A stretch of 64,000 bases of DNA from a virus. Position numbers and translations under genes: made by a program. Each line of letters opens with the position of its first letter. The first letter of the stretch is position 1. Below are positions 58,754 through 64,000 of the stretch, piece after piece. The notes beneath the pieces were generated by a model. That model saw only the letters and a program-made list of their open reading frames with translations. It was not told the origin of the DNA and made no database searches. Location: positions 1-64,000 of the IMG/VR virus record IMGVR_UViG_3300042908_001001; one strand, 5' to 3'.

Positions 58754-59476
58754 ATGGTACTTGCAGTAAATAGTAATCAGAGAGCGCGATTTGTAAAAAG
58801 TTTAGGGATTGACGAAAATAGTCTCCCTTTTGTATTATTCCCTAAACAATCTTTAATTCAGTCGGTTAGTAACTTAGTGACTGAATCGGTCGCTGGTTTT
58901 GATATTCCCATTATTAATGATTTTACGCCTTCCGAGAAACTCCTTTTTACCGCGATTGATTTAAAAGCCCGTCCTCTCTATATTGAATATCAGGAAGTCA
59001 ATGAGGATCTGGCAGAAGCATTGTCTTTGGTCGTTACCGCCGATGGTTCGCCATTAGTTCCCGATGGAATTGAACCGATTAAATTCATCACTCCTGATTC
59101 TGAATTTGTGCAATCAGAGATTTATACACAAATCACAAAATCACAGTCTTACAAGCGATTTAAACGTGACAACCGTGAGCTATTTGACGATCAGGATCAG
59201 GTCTATACGAAACTGATTATCCTTGACCTCACAATGGGACGTGCCAAAGTTGCTTTATTCCTTTCTACTCGGATTGATACAACTTGGTTTGATCGTGCAA
59301 ACGAGTTAAGTGTTGAGCAAATTAAGGAGATTGTGCAATTTATCCAGAAGGAAGGTAACGGGGGTAAAACGGAAGATGAACCAACAGAAGAAGACGAAAC
59401 TAAAGGAGAGGTAGTTACCGAAAAAAACGACTCCAACAAGAAATCGAAAGATGGTCAGATCACTACTGGGAACTAG
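58754..59476 (+). CDS. tail assembly chaperone (gpG-like)
   Basis: Position after the tube gene; slippery A-AAA-AAC at 59422-59428. Confidence 0.7.
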   Translation: MVLAVNSNQRARFVKSLGIDENSLPFVLFPKQSLIQSVSNLVTESVAGFDIPIINDFTPSEKLLFTAIDLKARPLYIEYQEVNEDLAEALSLVVTADGSPLVPDGIEPIKFITPDSEFVQSEIYTQITKSQSYKRFKRDNRELFDDQDQVYTKLIILDLTMGRAKVALFLSTRIDTTWFDRANELSVEQIKEIVQFIQKEGNGGKTEDEPTEEDETKGEVVTEKNDSNKKSKDGQITTGN

Positions 59477-59835
59477 CGATCGCGCTTCCTAACGATGATA
59501 GATTTGATTATAGAAATTTTGCCAATCAATCACCTAGATTAATTAGGCAAGCACTCAATCAAATCTATCAAAAAAGGAACCTTGACCAGTATTCTACGGC
59601 TTTAGGGATTTCAACTTATGCAAACGCTAATAGAGGAGAAAATAGTCAGCCTATTGAGTTTTATCAATTCTTACCTCATCCATTAGTTTGGAGACAAAAT
59701 AATACTCAGAAGAAAATAAATATTAGTAAGAATACAGCGATTCAATTCTTAGCTGATTACTCTAGCTTTACCTCTGAAATGTTATCCGTCTTTGATGAAT
59801 GGATGGATGAGATAAGAATGACAGCAAGCGGTTAA
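59422..59835 (+). CDS. -1 frameshift extension of the tail chaperone (gpT-like)
   Basis: Open -1 frame KKRLQQEIERWSDHYWELAIALP...IRMTASG* with no start codon near its 5' end. Confidence 0.75.
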   Translation, partial: KKRLQQEIERWSDHYWELAIALPNDDRFDYRNFANQSPRLIRQALNQIYQKRNLDQYSTALGISTYANANRGENSQPIEFYQFLPHPLVWRQNNTQKKINISKNTAIQFLADYSSFTSEMLSVFDEWMDEIRMTASG

Positions 59836-59867
59836 CCCTATTATTTATTTGGTAGGGTTTTCTATTG

Positions 59868-60074
59868 TTAAGACGTAATACTTACTACGCAAGCAGAATG
59901 ATAGGGTTTTGCATATATGTAATGGTTCCCGCCTGTATCTGTTTTCTCTCTTAAAAGAAATACAATTTTATCAAACTCTTTCATCCTATCTTTGTCAACC
60001 GAATCAATCGTGTAAAGCTTGTTTCGGATAAAAATTTTATATCCTTCTTTTACTTGCGACCAAGGTACAATCAT
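59868..60074 (-). CDS. hypothetical protein
   Basis: End of the helicase operon. Confidence 0.55.
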   Translation of the reverse strand: MIVPWSQVKEGYKIFIRNKLYTIDSVDKDRMKEFDKIVFLLREKTDTGGNHYIYAKPYHSACVVSITS

Positions 60075-60076
60075 AA

Positions 60077-60478
60077 TTAAATCCTCTCAATTTGGTTAGG
60101 GTACACGCTTCCTTCCGTCCCGTCTTCATATTTTATATTAATATGGGGGCGAAACGAATCCATCGTAAAATAATCCTCTTTATGAATCTTTTTTAAGCTA
60201 TCATCCCACTCATGACGGGAACCTCTGTAAATACTGACAATGCCTATTTTGCCCGTTATTTTATGCCTTACCCTATCACCATTTGAGACTAGGCTAATAT
60301 CCCATAAAGGATTTTCAGGATTATGGCATATTTTATTCTTTTGGCTTTTAATTCGGTTGAACTCATTTAATTTATCTTCGGGAAGTTGAGATAAAAAATG
60401 AGATAACATACCTTGGGGAATAACATCTAATTGATTGATGTCATTGGTTGCGATCGCACGTTCCAGTAGTTCAATCAT
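60077..60478 (-). CDS. hypothetical protein
   Basis: Coupled ORF. Confidence 0.6.
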   Translation of the reverse strand: MIELLERAIATNDINQLDVIPQGMLSHFLSQLPEDKLNEFNRIKSQKNKICHNPENPLWDISLVSNGDRVRHKITGKIGIVSIYRGSRHEWDDSLKKIHKEDYFTMDSFRPHINIKYEDGTEGSVYPNQIERI

Positions 60479-60804
60479 TTAACTGCTCTCCTTAAAATAC
60501 TTAGTCCAAAATCTGTCTTGGAAAACTCTTTTCCAATCTCTTTGGACTGTTGATTAGTTAATTTTGTTTGATGGTCAACTGTGCCAAAGAATATATCACT
60601 TCCTTTTTTCTTTCTTTGAACCATTGCGACTAATTCAAAATCCCCAAGAATTCCACTACTGACTACTACTCCAACTAGATAAAAGTTAGGGTCTGTAATG
60701 TCTTTTTTTGCCTTATTAGCTATCTCAAAAGCCTTACTATCTTCTAATGCTTTTGTGATGTGCCATTTCTTAACAGGCTGTGTTCCGAAACCTTTAGTGG
60801 TCAT
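60475..60804 (-). CDS. hypothetical protein
   Basis: Coupled to the helicase. Confidence 0.6.
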   Translation of the reverse strand: MTTKGFGTQPVKKWHITKALEDSKAFEIANKAKKDITDPNFYLVGVVVSSGILGDFELVAMVQRKKKGSDIFFGTVDHQTKLTNQQSKEIGKEFSKTDFGLSILRRAVK

Positions 60805-62717
60805 TTCTTTTTAACTCCTAGTAATGGTCTTGATAATCCGAACTCGTAGGCAATATTTAATAAATCACCATCTACATTGCCTTGTAGTAGTTTTTTCTGG
60901 TAACTATCTTTGATTAACTTTTCCTGAGCATATTTGTGAGTCCCTACAATTTCCCACCATTTAAAAGTTTGTAGATTGTCAATCACAACTCCCTTATACT
61001 GCCTTCCGTTGGGCATATAATAGGTTTTGTCAGGATAACCAAACTCAAGATAAAGAAAGTCCTGAATAAGGTCTTTATGAACTCCCATTAACTTAAGTTT
61101 ATCAGAATAAATTTGATGGTTAATGTCTGAATTTTGGAAGTTAAAAACGGCTCCTATGAACCAGTCAGGATGTGGTAAATATCCCCAACGTTCGTAAAAG
61201 TGTTCATAGATTTTATCGAGTGGTTTGTGATTATCGGTAAAGCGTTTATAGAGTTGATAACGTAGCCATTTATAGGCTTTTTTCTTCTCAGGGGAAAGGA
61301 ACTCAGAGACAATAAATCTTACTTCATAGTCTTTTGGTTCAACCTCTTTTTTAGGGAATTCATAATGGCAATGAGGGCATACCCTAGCAAATATAGGGAT
61401 TGATTTTCCGCATCCTCCATCTTTTTCAGGGCATTCCTTTTCTAATGCCATATTCTCCTTTTCAGGAGGGCATAAAGAAACATGAGATAAGTCTAAAGGA
61501 TCATCAATATCAAACTTTTTGCAGATATGTTTAAAGCATTCCCCAAAATCATAAATCGTTTTAAATGGGATACCGTCAAACTTCCTTAGAACCCGTCCTG
61601 CCATTTGGATAATGAGTTGAGGTGAACGACTCGGACGACCGATCAATTCAACCTCTAGACTGGGATCGTCATGCCCTTCTGTGAACTTTCCAACCCCTAC
61701 TAAAACATCAAAATCATGATTAGAATGCTCTAAGAAAATCCTATCAGCATCTTTATCATTTTCCCCTACTAAATATTTAGCAGATACTCCATTATCTAGA
61801 AATTGCTGACACAAATCCTTTGCTTGATTGACATTAGAAGTGAACGCGATCGCTTTCTTCCCTTTTTCGGCATTGATATAGGTTTCAACTATTTTGGCAT
61901 TGTACTCAGTGTTACAAGCCTTGATGAGTGACCCCATAGTATAGTCACCTGAATCATCCGTTTCTAGATTGTCTGTGACCTCCGTTTTAATGTCTAAAAT
62001 TCTGTCTTGTGCTAAATACCCTTGATTGATTAATTCCCTTGGACTAGGGCATTTAACAACAAACTGGACGTATTTACAATACCCTTCTCTACCTTTATCG
62101 GGTTTTCCGTCAGGCAAGTATAATTTGTTGCCTTGATTGTCGGTAAAATGGACAATTGATTCACTTCTCCAAGGTGTAGCAGTTAGCCACAAAAAGAAGC
62201 ATTTTGAGAGTGCCATAATGCCGCCCGAATAAAAGTTTTCAATTATTCGAGAGAATCGGAAAAAACCGCATATATGCGCTTCGTCGGTAATGACTAAGCC
62301 GATATTTGGAGGCATAGCAGACTCACCTAGCCGCCTGTGACGGGCTTCTAATGTTTGAATCATACAAAGTTGAACACTTTTGCTATGATCGTTAATTGCT
62401 ACGTTTTTTAATGCTTCTATGGGCATTTTTAAGTTAGTTGCAAGCCGTTCGATAGTCATCCCTGAAGCGATGATAGAAATATCATCAACTCCAATATTTA
62501 ATAATGCTTTGACGGTTTGAGCTATTAGCTTTTTGCGATGGCAACAGAACAAAACCCTACGATTTTTTTTAGTTGCATCTTGAATAATTTTTGACGCAAT
62601 AGCTGTCTTGCCTGATCCCGTAGGCCCATAAATTAATCCCTGATGAAAACCTTTCTTAAAAAAACTGTAGGCATCCGAGATGACCTGTAATTGATAATCA
62701 CGATAGGCTATCGACAT
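60801..62717 (-). CDS. superfamily 2 (DEAH) helicase with zinc ribbon
   Basis: RDYQ, GPTGSGKT, DEAH, TATP, EGHD, QMAGR.LR; CP....C...CPHC. Confidence 0.92.
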   Translation of the reverse strand: MSIAYRDYQLQVISDAYSFFKKGFHQGLIYGPTGSGKTAIASKIIQDATKKNRRVLFCCHRKKLIAQTVKALLNIGVDDISIIASGMTIERLATNLKMPIEALKNVAINDHSKSVQLCMIQTLEARHRRLGESAMPPNIGLVITDEAHICGFFRFSRIIENFYSGGIMALSKCFFLWLTATPWRSESIVHFTDNQGNKLYLPDGKPDKGREGYCKYVQFVVKCPSPRELINQGYLAQDRILDIKTEVTDNLETDDSGDYTMGSLIKACNTEYNAKIVETYINAEKGKKAIAFTSNVNQAKDLCQQFLDNGVSAKYLVGENDKDADRIFLEHSNHDFDVLVGVGKFTEGHDDPSLEVELIGRPSRSPQLIIQMAGRVLRKFDGIPFKTIYDFGECFKHICKKFDIDDPLDLSHVSLCPPEKENMALEKECPEKDGGCGKSIPIFARVCPHCHYEFPKKEVEPKDYEVRFIVSEFLSPEKKKAYKWLRYQLYKRFTDNHKPLDKIYEHFYERWGYLPHPDWFIGAVFNFQNSDINHQIYSDKLKLMGVHKDLIQDFLYLEFGYPDKTYYMPNGRQYKGVVIDNLQTFKWWEIVGTHKYAQEKLIKDSYQKKLLQGNVDGDLLNIAYEFGLSRPLLGVKKK

Positions 62718-62971
62718 TTCCCCTCATCCGTTCAATCTTGCTGACAAGTTTATCCATATCGGACTGCATGGATGCAAGATAGAAATTGTCGTATTGCAAA
62801 GTTCCAAAACGAAACTTTATGGTCGTAAAAGTGAAAACTTGCACTATTTAGTCCTCCGTACTGGCTTGCTCTTATTATAAACACGGTCTTTTTAAAATGT
62901 CAACAAAGTTTTTAAAACATTTTTAGGTTTTGAGCGTGGTTATTATTCTGTAAGGCTTTTGAGGTTTTGTT

Positions 62972-64000
62972 ATGGCGATCGCACTAGAAGAGTTAATCCT
63001 ACAATTTTCAATCGACTCGGACGGACTAGAGAAAGGTCTGGACTCAGTTTCGGCTAGGGCAAGAGCCAAGGCTAAGGAGATCGAGGGAATGGCGATCGCT
63101 CCTAAAGTCGATTTGAAGGGTTTGCACGACCTTAACAAGCTTTTGGATATAAAACAGAGGCATATAAAGGAAACGGCTGATTTTGCCAAGCGCACCCCCA
63201 TTGTGATGGGTGTGGATGTTAGTCAGGTTAAGGAGGCGAGAAAGGAATTACAGGGATTAAAAGCTGATTTAGGGATGAGTGGAGGTAATCAGACGATCAG
63301 GGTTAAGGTTGAGCATGATTATAAAGTCGATATTCGAGAGTCCAATCGGGATATTGTTAGCGCGATTAATGGGCTAAGAAACGAGTTCAAAGAAGTAGCA
63401 AAATCATCTAAAAAAACAGATACTCCAAAGCAACAAAAAGACCCTAGTAGTGATTTAGCTAAAGAGATTAAGCAGGGCTTTAATCAAATGAAGTCTGGCA
63501 ATATTTTTGAGGGAATTGGCAAAATCGCCTTAAGTCCTGCCAAAGCAATCTTTACGGGATTCTATGAAGGGATAGGTTTAACCGCGTCTTCAAAGCTTAC
63601 CAAGGGTGCTATTAAAAGTATTGAAAGTGAATGGAATTTTACCCTAGATGCACTAGGTAAAGGGACTGGAAAAGCTTTTGGTAGTATCGGTAAGAACGCG
63701 GCTGATTTGTTGTTGCATTCGATGGGGACATCTACAGAACAAATTAATGGGATGTTTGAGGATTTATCCCAAGGCTTTAATGATATTTTTGATGAAAAAG
63801 AAGCTAGAACGCGAATCCAAAATATAGGGGATACTATTAACAAAACCCTAACAAATGCTTTTAAGAATGGCACGTTTATTAGTGACGATATTGCAGAATT
63901 AAAGTCTGCTATCAACGCCTATAAGGGATTAAGGCGGGAAAATATTGACAAAAGAAGAAAGCAGTCTGTAGATGAAACGGCTAGACAGGCAACAGAACAG
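62972..64000 (+). CDS. tail tape measure protein (runs off the window)
   Basis: GAGG RBS; late motif upstream; MAIALEELILQFSIDSDGLEKGL..., long helical ORF not closed in the window. Confidence 0.75.
   Translation, partial: MAIALEELILQFSIDSDGLEKGLDSVSARARAKAKEIEGMAIAPKVDLKGLHDLNKLLDIKQRHIKETADFAKRTPIVMGVDVSQVKEARKELQGLKADLGMSGGNQTIRVKVEHDYKVDIRESNRDIVSAINGLRNEFKEVAKSSKKTDTPKQQKDPSSDLAKEIKQGFNQMKSGNIFEGIGKIALSPAKAIFTGFYEGIGLTASSKLTKGAIKSIESEWNFTLDALGKGTGKAFGSIGKNAADLLLHSMGTSTEQINGMFEDLSQGFNDIFDEKEARTRIQNIGDTINKTLTNAFKNGTFISDDIAELKSAINAYKGLRRENIDKRRKQSVDETARQATEQ

Noticed and set aside
1-64000. Genome-wide stop-codon reassignment
   Set aside because: TAA, TAG and TGA all end well-recognised genes at the expected positions; only two local in-frame TAA cases were found

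Overview
A 64-kb segment of a temperate siphovirus of a HIP1-rich cyanobacterium (more than 30 GCGATCGC sites by manual count). An intact attP-like dyad beside the large serine integrase suggests the free, unintegrated form. It encodes an HK97-fold head set (TerL, probable TerS, DUF1073 portal, Mu-F, DUF2213 protease, decoration protein, DUF2184 capsid) and a GTA-like tail (DUF2460, DUF2163, J-like tip, tube, frameshifted chaperone, start of the tape measure, fibres). It also encodes replication and nucleotide genes (primase-helicase, SF2 helicase, DnaN, Dcd, ThyA-like, NrdB), three DNA methyltransferases, a ParB plus TAGT-type glycosyltransferase pair, a 2OG-Fe(II) oxygenase and a sigma-like protein. 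The most unusual features are: (1) virion genes scattered over both strands in many small units, most preceded by GTTAWTATT with no -35, a probable phage-sigma late promoter; (2) unrelated small ORFs carried as cassettes with shared head and tail repeats, some inserted between tail genes; (3) a promoter-driven ~490-nt ncRNA locus whose tRNA-like folds have 5- and 6-nt anticodon loops; (4) a Dam-family methylase with a duplicated recognition region; (5) tandem Fur boxes; (6) a ~180-bp segmented dyad; (7) a primase leader with terminators and an anti-SD; (8) an RHH protein sharing its C-terminus with the primase-helicase. All family assignments come from motif recognition by eye; no searches were run.
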